From the NCBI GenBank assembly GCA_001244265.2, contig CDLV01000008.1, positions 1,674,001 to 1,738,000 on the forward strand: a stretch of DNA of 64,000 nt, written 5' to 3'. The DNA comes from Microbotryum violaceum. Lineage: Eukaryota. The notes under the pieces were generated by a model, which saw only the letters and a list, made by a program, of their open reading frames with translations, did no database searches and was not told the origin of the DNA. A program made the translations under genes and the position numbers. Shown piece after piece: positions 52,833 through 64,000 of this stretch (the first letter of the stretch is position 1; the number at the start of each line of letters is the position of its first letter).

Positions 52833-55148
52833 ATGCCCACGGCTTTCGGAGGCCATGGTCGGGGCACGGCCTCGTCCCGGTTCGCGCGAGAGGCAGGGGA
52901 AGCCAGTACGTCGAATCAAGTCAGCGGAGGCGCGACGCCCAATTCACCCTCGAGCTCGACTTCGCCCTCGCTCCCCGGTGGCTTCAACATGATGTGGAGC
53001 GGCGCTTCGAATCAACGCTCGAACGGGAGCGGGGTCCGAACCTCCATCGCGAATACGAACTCGTTCGACGCCACCAAGGCCAAGAGTGGGGGTGCACCCG
53101 GGTTGTTCTCGTTGGTTGGGTTGGCTCAGCCAACATTGGAGGTGAGTTTCGTCGAGCGGCTCTCGAGGACCTCACGAGACCGTCGGATTTCCGAATTGGA
53201 CGGCCCGAAGGAATTCAAGCGGATAAAGTTGGGGAAGGATTGAATAAAATGTCGACCACATTCCTCTAGGGGAACGAGAAGCTGAAGACCTGACGAAAAA
53301 TACTCTGGTACGCTCCATATCCGATGTCTAGGTCCACCTCGCCGAAGACCTCCTGTTCCTTCACCCCGCCGCGCCGGACGAAATCTCCGATGACCCCGTC
53401 GTGCAAGGCACCGTGACCCTGTACCTCTCCAAGAAACGCAACCTCACCCATCTGGCGGTCAAGTTGATTGGGCGTCAGGATATCTCGTGGGGTGATTCAT
53501 CGCCGTATGAGAGCTCCATCACGTTGGATAAGGAGGTGCAGCTGCTCGCCAAAGGACAAGAGCTTGTTTTGGAAAAGGGGTACGTGGGACCGCTCTTGGT
53601 GCTTCTTTCAAGGCAATCCGGGTCAAATGCTGACGTGTTTTGGCGCCTTGATATATACAGATACCACAAATTCGAGTTCGAGTTCTTGGTACCGAGTTCG
53701 ACGCCAACATCGTGAGTGCAAGCTGCCCGCGGAGATGGCTTGACTTATACCCCTGCTGACCATAACCGGAGTGGACAGTGAGAGGTCCGTATTTGGTCGC
53801 GTGCGGTACACGATCGTAGCCAAAGCAAAAGGCATTGGTCAACTCAACGGGGACATTTCGTCGCATGAGAAGCTGTTATTTCTCGCCACCAACGTAAGTA
53901 CAAATCCGGCATTTCCGTAGCTCGAAATCAGACTCTGACCTTGCCTATTCTTGACGATTCATTGTATATCCAGCCCGGTGGCGCTGGCCCATCTCGACCG
54001 CCTCCTCCCTTGGATCATCGTCATGAAGGTCTTATCGATGACCTCGGCTTATACACGATGGCTTGCCAGTCGACCTACAGCATGGTCGGCGGCCTCGTTC
54101 TCCTCCGCTTCGAACTGGTTGCACCCCCGTCCCATGTCGTCCTCTACGCTATCAAGGTCAAGATCAACCAATACTTCCACCTCATTTCTCCTTCGGACCC
54201 CAACAAGACGTCATCACCCCCCGTCGACGTCAAGACCGTCATGCATCTCGACGGAACGCGTCCGCCAAACTTTGGCAAGGTTGACGAAGCAGTGTTGGCT
54301 TCGTATGCGGCGGCGAGAAACGATCCGACCAAGGCGTCGTCGCCGCTCAAAGTGCTCCAACCGGGTGAAGGGTACAAGATTCACCACTTGTCTCGATTAC
54401 CGAACGACACAGTTTTGAGGCCTTCGACCCCAACATGGAGCAATGCCTCGATCCGCGTCCAACACGTCGTCGCGCTTGAATTGACCTATCGCGTCCTAAG
54501 TCCCGAGGAAGTTCTTGATGGTCAGCTGGTGAACAAGGTCAAGGAACGGGACGACAAGGGCAAAGAGAAGATCAAAGATCGCAAGAAGCTCGTCGTTTCA
54601 AGACCTTTCGAGATCTTTTCGTGTATGTGCTTTGTCGATTCCTTGTCCTTGCCGGCGTACACTCGGGTCGATCCCAACTTGTCGCCGACGGGTCCGTTGC
54701 CGAGGGTCACTTCTTCAGATGGCTTGTTGCAGAGGTTCGACGTCGGGACGGATGAGCCGGAGAAACCACCTCCTTGTGTTTGCGGATACCAGTTCAGGCA
54801 GTGAGTCTTCACAGAATGCCTCTGTTTCGCTGCCGATTAGCCCGCGATGCTGACCCTCTGTGATTCTTCGATAGGTTGATCAAATTCCACGGGGCCGATC
54901 TCTTGCGCGAACCAGGCGAAGAGGCTCTTACCTACTCCGTCGTCAAGGACTCTGACAGCCCCGTCACCTCGCCCAGTGCGACCTATCGAGAAACGCGATC
55001 CAACCCCTTCTTCCGTCGCGAGGCCTCCTACAACGATCGCTTGGGTCTCGGTTCGATGAGCCCGACGAGCCCACCCCTCGGTGCTGTTTCGAGTAGTCCT
55101 TCCATCTCGCCGCCTGTGCAAGATGCGAGTCGAACGAGCAGCGCCTGA
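52833..55148 (+). CDS. Alpha-arrestin-like protein, paralogue 2, multi-exon
   Basis: GTVTLYLSKKRNLTHLAVKLIG, LEKG/YHKFEFEFLVP..ERSVFGRVRYTIVA, VQHVVALEL, LPAY motif. Confidence 0.75.
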
Positions 55149-55410
55149 GGTAGTCCAGTCTACCTTCCCTATCTTCCTGTGCCTTGTGTTTCTGACCATC
55201 ATCAGTCTTTGTTCTATACCTTGGTACCAAGTGAAAAAGAAAGTGAAATGCGGCTCTCGCGCGAATGAACTACCAGTGTCATCCTGTCTTTTTACTCTGG
55301 CCCGTCAGTCACATACGCCCGTTCGTCACATAGGATCATTGATCCCTATTCTCATTACATGTATCGCCAATCCAATCTCCAAGATGTTTGCGCATTATAG
55401 TCCAAAAGAA

Positions 55411-58400
55411 TTAGGCCTCGACGTTGTAGAAGACGATGCCAGGCTTGCCCGGTTCAGCAGCCTCCACGATCGGCGCGATCATCCCCGGTTCATCTTCCTT
55501 GATCTCGGCGATGGCGACGACGTCGATCTTGTCCATACCGAGCTGTCGCTTAACGTAGGCCATCGCACGATCGAGCACGGCCTTTTCATCGTACAGGACC
55601 TGGCGATTGAACGCGATCTCGGGGCCGAACTGCGCGATCTTCTTCTTAAAGATGGCAATGAAGGGGTTCACCTTCTTGTCCTTGGCCAGACCTTTCTCGG
55701 TCAAGAGTGCCCTCAATTTTTGTTCATCGACGGTGTTGGTCTCCTCGTTGAACGCTTCACGAACCAAAGCGACGGCGCTGTCTTGCCATTCCGGGTACCC
55801 TTTGGCGACCCAGACCTTAACGGCCTTGGGCTTGCTCGGGTCGTAGGAACCTGTGCCCTTGCCCTTGGCCTTCTTCTTGGCAAAGCCGAGTTCGGCATCG
55901 CGAATCTCCTTCAGGGTTGAACGGATGTAGTCGGCCGAGTCGAGGACGATGCGATCGACCGGGCTGGTCATTTCGGGCCATTGCGCCTGTTGGATCGATT
56001 TTTTCTCCCCGCAGATCTTGGACCACAGGTGTTCGGCGACGTGGGGGGCGATCGGGGTGATAAGCAAGGCCTGGACGCGGACGAAGCGCTCGATGAGGTC
56101 ACGGCGCATGCCACCTTCACCGGCGGTCGCGTCACGGTAGCTATCACGAGCGGCGAGGAGTTGGTAGAACCCATACTTCAACGCCTCCTTGTAGAGCGAT
56201 CTGGTGAATGAAAAAGGGAAGGAGGAACGTCAGTCATTCTCTTACTGATCCAAATCGCATCTTGATGAGCCAACACTCACTTCTCATAAGCCTCGAGGGT
56301 CAACTCGATCGCCTCGTTGATTTCATTCGCAAAGATCTTGTCCCAGATCGACTCCTCTGACGAGCTCTCGCGAATGTTCTCGCCCAATTTGATCGACTCC
56401 TCGGACCAATCGGTCAGCGTCTTCAAGCGCAAGATGGCTGCGTTCGCTGTCGCTTCCTCAAAGTTCGCGTCCTCGATCGAATCACCTGCATCGGCGAGGG
56501 TGAGACGGGTTGCATCGGCACCGAATTTGAGCAAGGCGTCGCGGAGCGTCAACGAATTACCTGTCGATTTGGACATCTTTTCGCCGTTCAACATCAAGTG
56601 ACCGTTGGCGCGCATCGACAGGGGCCAGTTCTCTTCGGCAAAGAGGGCCGAGTGGACGTAGATGCAGAAGGAGAGATGGTTCGGAATCAAATCCTTACCC
56701 GAGGATCGGATGTCCATTGGGTAAAAATATGAGAACTCGGCTTTGAGGATGTTGAGATTTTCGGTCGGGATTGGTGCATCGGCTGGGAGGGCGCCGTTGG
56801 CGTAGACGTAGTCCCACATCTCGTCGGTCATCTGCTCGGCCGTGATGCCCAGGGGCCCGACGACGCTGCCGTCGATGGGAGGGCCGTGGAGCAAGTGGGC
56901 GATGGTGTAGTAAGCCATGTAGATGGTCGAATCCGACAGTGACTCGACGAGGAATTGCGGGTCCCAAGGGAGCTTGGAGCCTAGACCGTACGACCTCGCG
57001 CAGGCCCATTGACGCAGCCAGCCCAGAGTCCTCTCGAAGCTGTGCCTCGTCTCGCTGTTGTACGTGTTCATGCGCGACAAGAGCTTCTCGGCCTTCTTGA
57101 GCCATCCTGGCTCTCCGTAATCGAGATACCACTGGTCGCACAGCGCGACGATGCACTCGTCAGCCGAACGACTCATAACGAGGTTCTCGGGTTCCGAGTA
57201 AGCGAAAGCGAGACCACGCTCGATCATGTCGTCGCGGACCTTGGTCTTGGCGTCCTCGACCTTGGAACCCTTGAAGGGCCCGACGACCATCGTACCCTGG
57301 TAAAAGCCTTCCTTGTAGGCGATCTCCTTGGCCTCGGCGAGCTGCTTCGTGTCCTTGGGCGACTGGATGCGAAGCTTCTCAACAAGCGCCTTAGCCGTCA
57401 AGTCACCATACGTGGGCGTTGACAGGACGGGAACGGGTTCAAGCGAAGCCCATGCAGGGTCGATTTTGTAGTACTCGGCCTTCTTTTGCAGATCGAGTTG
57501 GGTGATCCAATCGTCGGGCGAATCCGAGGGAACGCAGGCCACAACGGCTGTTCCTTTGGTCGCCGACACGGTCTCCATCGGCAAGACGCAAACCTCGCCG
57601 TGGATCGCATTGGGGGCAGCGACCTTGGTCCCGATCATCTCGGCACCCTGGAGCTTGCCAACGCACGCCGTCGCATCATCGAACGAGTCCTCGACTTTGA
57701 GAAGGCCTTGGTAGGCCATGTTCCTCGCCGCTCGCCTCGAGACGAGATAGAGGACCTCTTCGTCTGAGCCCTTGGTGGAAGAGGACGGGTAGAGACCGTA
57801 CTCGATCGTAGGGCCAACGAAGCACGATGTCTGACCGTACATTGTCTCGGGTCGGAGCGTGGCTGCGACGAGCACAACCTTGCGACCGGCCGCGAGTTCC
57901 TTGACGCGTTGGGCACGTTCGCCAAATGTTGTGACGGGCATCTTGAGAGCCGTGTACTCTTGGGGTCCAACACCTTCTCCGGACTGTCGGTCATGGTCCA
58001 TGCAGGGTTGGCCATCCTTGGGCGAGAAGATAGTGTAACGCTTGCCGAATTCTGTTCTCGAGGAAAGAACTGTCAGCGGTGAGATAGATCGGTGGACATC
58101 CACAGTTTCAAACGCACTGATGTAACCAAGAGCCTTGAGCTTGTTCATCTGCCATCTGACGAACGAGTCATAGTAAGGGTTCGCCGGGGTCGTAATGAAG
58201 GATCGTCGCCAGTCGACGCGACCACCGAGGTCTGTGATATCGGCTTGGGCGATGGGAGGAAAGTAGGTGAGCCAGTATTGCGGGTCGGCAAACTTTTGGA
58301 TCTCCTCGAGGGGTACGCCGATCGATCGCATGATTTGGAACTGGTAGGTGAGGCCGGTCGACTTGGCGGCGAGCTTGCCCTTCTTTGCCTTTGACGGGTC

Positions 58401-59175
58401 GGACGAGACGATGGCCGCGGAGGGGGCACCGTTGATGGGAGCTGGGGGTTCAACCTGCTTTGCGTTGGAATAGGGCATCAGTCGCTGAGCATGACAAGCG
58501 ATGAGCCGGCTGTGTAGTGCTCACATCAGCTTCGTCGACGGTCGAAGGGTCCTTGTAGCCCTCAAAAGTGGGGCCAAATATTTCCATTTCTCGGATGATC
58601 TTGTCGGCGGCAGATTTGATCGGCATGCCCGTCTGTGGAGATCACCCGAGCCCGAAGTCAGCCCTTCGAGAAGACTGACCCGAGAGACCTGCTACGGCTT
58701 CGGCGACACCCACGCAGTGAAATCCGACCGGCCAAAGAGCCCTCTTGCCGCGCATTCGCTCGAATCCGGCGGCAAACTCGATCTTGGAGATGGTGAAGGC
58801 ATGACCAAGATGGAGCGAGCCGTTCATGTACTGTGTGGTTGCGAGAGGGTCAGCTCATTCTGGCTGGTGACTCGCTCGCCGGCTGGCAGGGGCTGTTCGG
58901 GGGCTGTTCAGGGGCTCCACTTGACCAGCGGCATGGCTTACGGGGTAAGGGAAGGTGCCCATCCACTTAGGTCGATCTTTCCTCGCATTCTGGGCCAGCT
59001 TGGCAAAGTCGACATCGGTGCCCTCGGGTACTTTGAGGGTGCCGTCGGTGAAGGGACTGTCGGTCTCGAACTGCTTCTCATGCTGCCATCGCTTCTGCGC
59101 GTCGTGCTCGAGCTGGATCAGGTAGTCACGCTTCGAGGTGTTGGCGGCGGGAGGAGCAACTGTAGACGCCGACAT
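55411..59175 (-). CDS. CDC60: Cytosolic leucyl-tRNA synthetase, multi-exon
   Basis: [15 protein letters not shown] (HIGH), [26 protein letters not shown] editing domain, [14 protein letters not shown]. Confidence 0.96.
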
Positions 59176-59502
59176 GGTCGTTCGCAGCTGTTGCTGGTGG
59201 TGCTGGTGGTGCTGGTGGTGCCGCTGATGTGGGAGAGTCGGGGAGAAGGTGCGAGCCGTGCGAGCCGTGCGAAGAGCGGTGTCACGAGCAGCTGGCGAAA
59301 AGAGGGTGCGCGGACAAAGATACGTCACGCTTGGCGGACGAATGGTGGGTCCCTAGTTATTGGTTGGTGCTGGTTGACCGGTCTCGTCGCTAAGGGTTCG
59401 AGGTGGTGCGGTGCGGAAGCCAAGAGATGCAGCGCGGCTCCGTTGTCGACGCCGCCTCTGCGCGCTCTGACCTTTTCTGAGTCAAAATCGCAAGTGTTAG
59501 TT

Positions 59503-60560
59503 TCAGAATTCAGCCCCCTTCAGCTCGGCACCAGCTGCTGCTCGGAAAGCCGCAAATGCTGCGGCATACGTCGGCAATATCTCATCATGGGTCAGGGATC
59601 TTGAATGACATCCAGACGTAGCCATCATGATCATGCTTGGCAAGCTTGGGGTACTCGACAGTTTCTCCAGGCACCGCTGCGTTGATCTTTGTCTCAAGTT
59701 CTCGAAGGCACGCTCGGGGATACCGACTGATGCGTAAGTGACCATGTAGCCACTCTTGAACGCCGTCATACCGACTGAACTCTGCCAATGGTCGGTCTGT
59801 ACTCGATAGCTGCATTGGCGATGGGCAGAAGGACTGAAACATCGCCGCCCTTGTACTTGACCTCTGGAGGTCGCACAGTATGATGACATTCCGAGACCCG
59901 ATGTCGTTGGATATGTCTCGAGCAGGCGATGCTTGAATCTCCCACTCATTAACTAACTTCTCGTCATTCTCGGGTATGCCGATCCACGCCGCCTTCTTGA
60001 ATCTGACCCCACCGTCGTTGATGGCAAGATGACTTCCATCGCCGATAGACGAGACCGGAATCTCACGTGACTGGTGTCTAGACATGACTGATACAACTGG
60101 CCAATTATCCAGCGACCAGCATGTTAGTCCTGAGACATTTGCTCACAGATTTAGTCAGTGCCACTACAGACAGGATGCAAATGTGCCTGATCCCAACAGT
60201 GGTTACGATGCAGAAATGTGAATGACTGATGTTACAGCATCAGAAGTGAGAAGCGAATGTGAGGGAGAATGCGAGTCGTCATATGGGCCTCAGCGACATC
60301 GTCATGAGAGGCGTGCCTTTTGACATCTTGATTGAGGAGTCTCCATAGTTCCAGAGTTCCACCAGGGCGATCACGGGCTTGATGGAAGCTAGGACCGGTG
60401 AGGCCCTGACTCGGTACATCTCGGGGACTGATGGCATGATGTCGTCGACCAGGACTGTATCGGGGATCTCCAAGGTCAGGCTCGAGACGCACGTAATGAC
60501 TTTGGCGTGTAAGGGATTTATGACGATATTGTAAGGCGCCGCTCCGCCTACGCCTCACCA
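59503..60560 (-). pseudogene. Degenerate coding remnant, probably TE-borne
   Basis: Overlapping frame-shifted ORF pieces with a CpG-poor patch at ~60085-60260, next to the TE nest; identity unclear. Confidence 0.25.
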
Positions 60561-60903
60561 CGATTTCGAGCCGACCTCTGCGGCCTCACGCTTGCCCTCG
60601 CGCGCGGCACCGCCGCGTCTCTTGACCTTAGCCCTTTTAGTAGTCTTTCTTCGCCTGCGAATTATACACCGTTTAATCCTTTCAGTTTGGACTCGGAACC
60701 AGTGAGGCTCGAGAGCAATCTCGTGCCTTTCAGATATCTGAGGGCAGCCTGATGAGCCAGCCCGTTATCTTGGTCACCTCATCGAAGGTGTGGGTCTCGT
60801 AGCTCAGCTCGCCTGTGGGATTCAGACGCTGTGCTAGCTGCGACGGTTTGAACACCTCATGACAGCGGTAGATCTGTGGGAATTTCACTTGAAGTGACAT
60901 AGT

Positions 60904-61353
60904 AAAAATAGGGCATCTTGCTTGGAAAGCGTGGATCCTATTAGTACTCAGAATACTGCAAAGACTGGGAGGCTTGGCATACCTTTGCTTGGAAAGCGTG
61001 ACACGTGATAAAAGGAGACCGACCCTGAACGCTGGCACGTTGGGTGGCTAGTGTAGTCTGTTGCGCAAGGTAGCCAAGTAGGCCAACATGCCCAACAAGG
61101 ACAGGTGTGAGCAGGAGTACCAAAAAGTAAAGCCTGATGCGGGGGAGTGATGTACCTTAGCTCTGGGAGCGTGACTCGGTACGCAGCAGAAGAACTTGTG
61201 CGGCTACACTGGCAGGTGTAGGGCAGAACGGCTGCAAACAGGGTATGATCAGTCAGTCAGCAATCCAACAAGGATGGTTGAGAGGATGAGGCGTACATAG
61301 TGGGCAGCTGTCCGTCGTAGTCTAGCAGGGCAGAAGACTGAGAGGTAGTTGCG
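60904..61353 (+). mobile_element. Family A repeat, copy 3 (cut by Copia insertion)
   Basis: Close match to the reverse complement of ~28390-28830. Confidence 0.85.
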
Positions 61354-61558
61354 TGTATTAGAACCTAAAGCCGAGGCACAAGATACGTTTAGTACGAGAG
61401 CCGAGGATGATAGTAAAGACAGTTGGAGAAAGAAGAGAAGTGCAGAGTAGGAGCGCGCGAGGCAAGCAATAGCCGCGCGAGGCGACTAATATCAACAACT
61501 AGTAACTAATCATGATCGGTAATAGAAGTGGGATGAAACAGCAATATACCCTCTGACA
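61354..61558 (-). repeat. Copia 3' LTR (~205 bp)
   Basis: Minus strand TGTCAGAG...TAATACA, directly after the G-run PPT at 61559-61565; family A similarity stops at its edge. Confidence 0.75.
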
Positions 61559-61571
61559 CCCCCCCGTGCTG

Positions 61572-62526
61572 TCATACCAGTGCACCTCGTAAGCCCAAAT
61601 CCGTCCGATGGAAGATGAACGGCTTGGGACTCAAGGCCTTGGTGAAGATGTCGGCAAACATGTCGCCAGTGGCGGTGGCGGACCTCGATCTCTTTCTCAG
61701 CAACCCTCTCGCGGACGTAGTGTTCCGAGATGCGAACGTGACGAGATCCCTGATGGTTGGTCGGGTGTTGTGCCAGAGCAAGCGAACCTTGGTTGTCACC
61801 ATAGAGCACGACTGGACCGGGAACCGGAGCGCCGAGTTCGCTCAGGAGTTCGCTCAGGAGTTCGCTCAGGTGAATGGCGTCCCCGCTAGCGTACGAAAGA
61901 GAGAGGTATTCCGCGTCAGTAGTATACTTGGCGACCCTGTGCTCCTGTTTGGAACACCAAGCAATGGCGGCTCCGGACAAGATGAATGCGTAGCCCATGG
62001 TCGATCGCGAGGTGGTCAGGCAGGCTCCCCAGTTTGCATCCGAGTAGCCATGGAGCGGTTGGTTGGTCTTGCGGTAGTTGAGCCCCAAGTCCATCGTGCC
62101 TTTGATGTAGCGGAGGACTTGCTTGATGGCTGTCCAATGCTCCGGGCCGGGTTGCTGCGAAAAGCGCGCGAGGTAGCTGACCATGAAAGCGAGGTCCGGA
62201 CGAGTGCCAACCGCGGCGTACATCAACGAATCAATGGCCTGCAAGTAACGAGTGCGATCCTCAGGGGTAGCAGACGAGTTCTCGAAATCGAGGGCGACAC
62301 CGGGTTGCATGGGGACGCTTGCCGGCTTGGCATCGGCGAATCGGAACCTGGCCAAGATATCTCGAAGGTAGCGCTCTTGGGAAAGTGTGATGGACCCGTC
62401 GTGCCCGCGTTTGACTTGGATGCCGAGGATGTATTCGGCAGGCCCGAGACGTTTGATACCATATGCGAGTTCCAACGCGTCGAGAACCCTGTTGATCTCG
62501 GCGGTAGAGGGCCCAACCAACAGCAA
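61572..62526 (-). mobile_element. Ty1/Copia RT-RNase H remnant (frameshifted)
   Basis: [51 protein letters not shown]; frameshift near 61680; 12-bp unit x3 (ELLS) at ~61834-61869. Confidence 0.93.
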
Positions 62527-62788
62527 TGTAATACACCCCGTTGGAGTGTACACCTGAGCGGCGACGACAAGGATCACAGGACCAAAGTATGTAGAATTGA
62601 CACTGGACACTTGTATCAGTCGCTGGTATGACAATGCCTTCTGATCCACCTTGTGCTCACCTGGACACTTGTATCAGTCGCTGCAGAGAGACTAAGAGTG
62701 CCCAGGCGCGCGTCCCCTCCTCCTAAGGCCCAGGCGCACGGGCCTTACACTCTCCACCACCTAAACCAAACTCTCCTCCCTCCTTACA
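62527..62788 (-). repeat. Gypsy 3' LTR (~262 bp)
   Basis: TGTAA...TTACA termini, preceded by purine tract GGCAAGGAGGGTAGGG; internal 23-bp direct repeat at 62603-62625 and 62661-62683. Confidence 0.8.
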
Positions 62789-63819
62789 CCCTACCCTCCT
62801 TGCCTTGTCCTCCCCCCGCCTTCCCCCTCTCCCACTCTTCCAACGCCGCGGTGTCCTCCAGGTGTGAGCACGGCTCCCATGTGTTGTCGCTGTCTGCCCA
62901 CCCCTTCCATTTCACCAAGAACCTCTTCCTTGACCCCTTTCCCTTTTTGTCCACAATCCGTTCTACCTCCCACTCCTCGTTTCCTTGGACGATAATGGCC
63001 GCTGGTTCCGTTGCCTCTCGCCCTGGGAACACCACCCCATCGTTCTTTACCCAGCGTCGGAGCTTGGAGGCGTGGAAGACGGTGTGCGACTTGTTTCCTG
63101 CCTTGAGCTTCAGCTTGTAATTTGAGGTTTCCGGTCGTGCTGCTAGGACTTCGTAAGGGCCGTCAAACCGGGGAAAGAGTTTGGCTGACCGTGCTTCCCC
63201 ATCGGCCTTGTACCGCAGTCGTCGATCCCGCGAGTCGACTAAGACCATGTCGCCAACTGCAAACCCGGGCTCCGGTTTCCTCGCCTTGTTGCTCTGGTTG
63301 GCCTACCGGATCTTTGCAATTGCCAAAGTGTCTCGGGCTTCCGCAACCGCTGCTTCACGTTGTTCCACGATGGATTTGACTGCCTGTGATGTGGTTGAGC
63401 CTTCCACTGGGGTGATTGGTGTCAGCTCCGGCGTGAACCCGAGTACCACTTCAAATGGTGTCTTCCCCGTCGACCTGTTCATACTGGAGTTGATCACAAA
63501 CTCCACCGTAGCCAAGTGCTTCGACCAGTCGTTTTGCCGTCGGTTGACCATTGTTCGCAGGACTTGGATCACGGTCCGATTTGTTCGCTCGCTTCGGCCA
63601 TCCGTTTGCGGGTGAAAAGCCGTCGATGTTGCCAGTTTCGTTCCCAGCTGGCCCATGTACGCTCGCCAGAACTCGCTTGTGAAGAGCTTGTCGCGGTCTG
63701 AGACCAGCACTTGTGGCATGCCAAAGTGTTGATGCCACCCCTCGAAGAACCGGTCCGCGATTGTAGTCGCGTCGTCCGTTGTGCGGCAAGGGATGAGGCG
63801 AACGTAGCCTGAAAGGTGC
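62784..63819 (-). mobile_element. Ty3/Gypsy chromovirus integrase plus chromodomain remnant
   Basis: [60 protein letters not shown]; premature TAG at 63303-63305. Confidence 0.93.
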
Positions 63820-64000
63820 CAGAGCGGCCGAGCTTTTACTAATAGGAGTGTTGAGTAGGGGACCCAGGCTCGACCTGGCTCGACCCCGCGGTTGTGCCGA
63901 GGGTCAGGTCCTCAAATTCCATGACTCCCTTCCCATAATACCTCTTTGGCCCGCAATACACCCAAATCACACCGCGTGAGCCTACACACGGATCAAGTAA
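63820..64000. mobile_element. Start of a further unidentified insertion that truncates the Gypsy integrase
   Basis: Integrase similarity stops at [10 protein letters not shown]; non-coding sequence starting CAGAGCGGCCG runs off the window. Confidence 0.4.

Noticed and set aside
58501-59604. 367-aa + strand ORF
   Set aside because: Antisense to the LeuRS 5' exons; no domain
61615-62631. 338-aa + strand ORF
   Set aside because: Antisense shadow of Copia RT/RNase H

Overview
Intron-rich eukaryotic DNA from a basidiomycete fungus. Gene content, short GT-AG introns with CTRAC branch points and the TE types suggest a Pucciniomycotina/Microbotryum-like species; this is inference. Recognisable genes: mitochondrial Hsp70, UTP22/Nrap, a DUF2461 protein, an XPG/FEN1-family nuclease, a BAG-domain protein, SEY1, an MDR oxidoreductase, SNU66/SART1, a BCAS3-like WD40 protein, MIX17/CHCHD2, two tandem arrestin-like paralogues and cytosolic LeuRS. 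Three accessory zones interrupt them. (1) 9.6-12.4 kb: a 2.7-kb TIR element in the UTP22/DUF2461 divergent promoter, with its right end apparently flipped by a 130-bp inversion. (2) About 15-29 kb: a gene-poor island with two oppositely oriented copies of an unclassified repeat ('family A'), an AT-rich mitochondrial-like insertion carrying a plasmid-type DNA polymerase B fragment, two back-to-back ~130-bp hairpins, and a second TIR element of the same family with a perfect 8-bp TSD. (3) 59.5-64 kb: nested repeat/Copia/Gypsy-chromovirus/unknown insertions. Exon boundaries were read by eye, and all family assignments come from motif recognition, not database searches.
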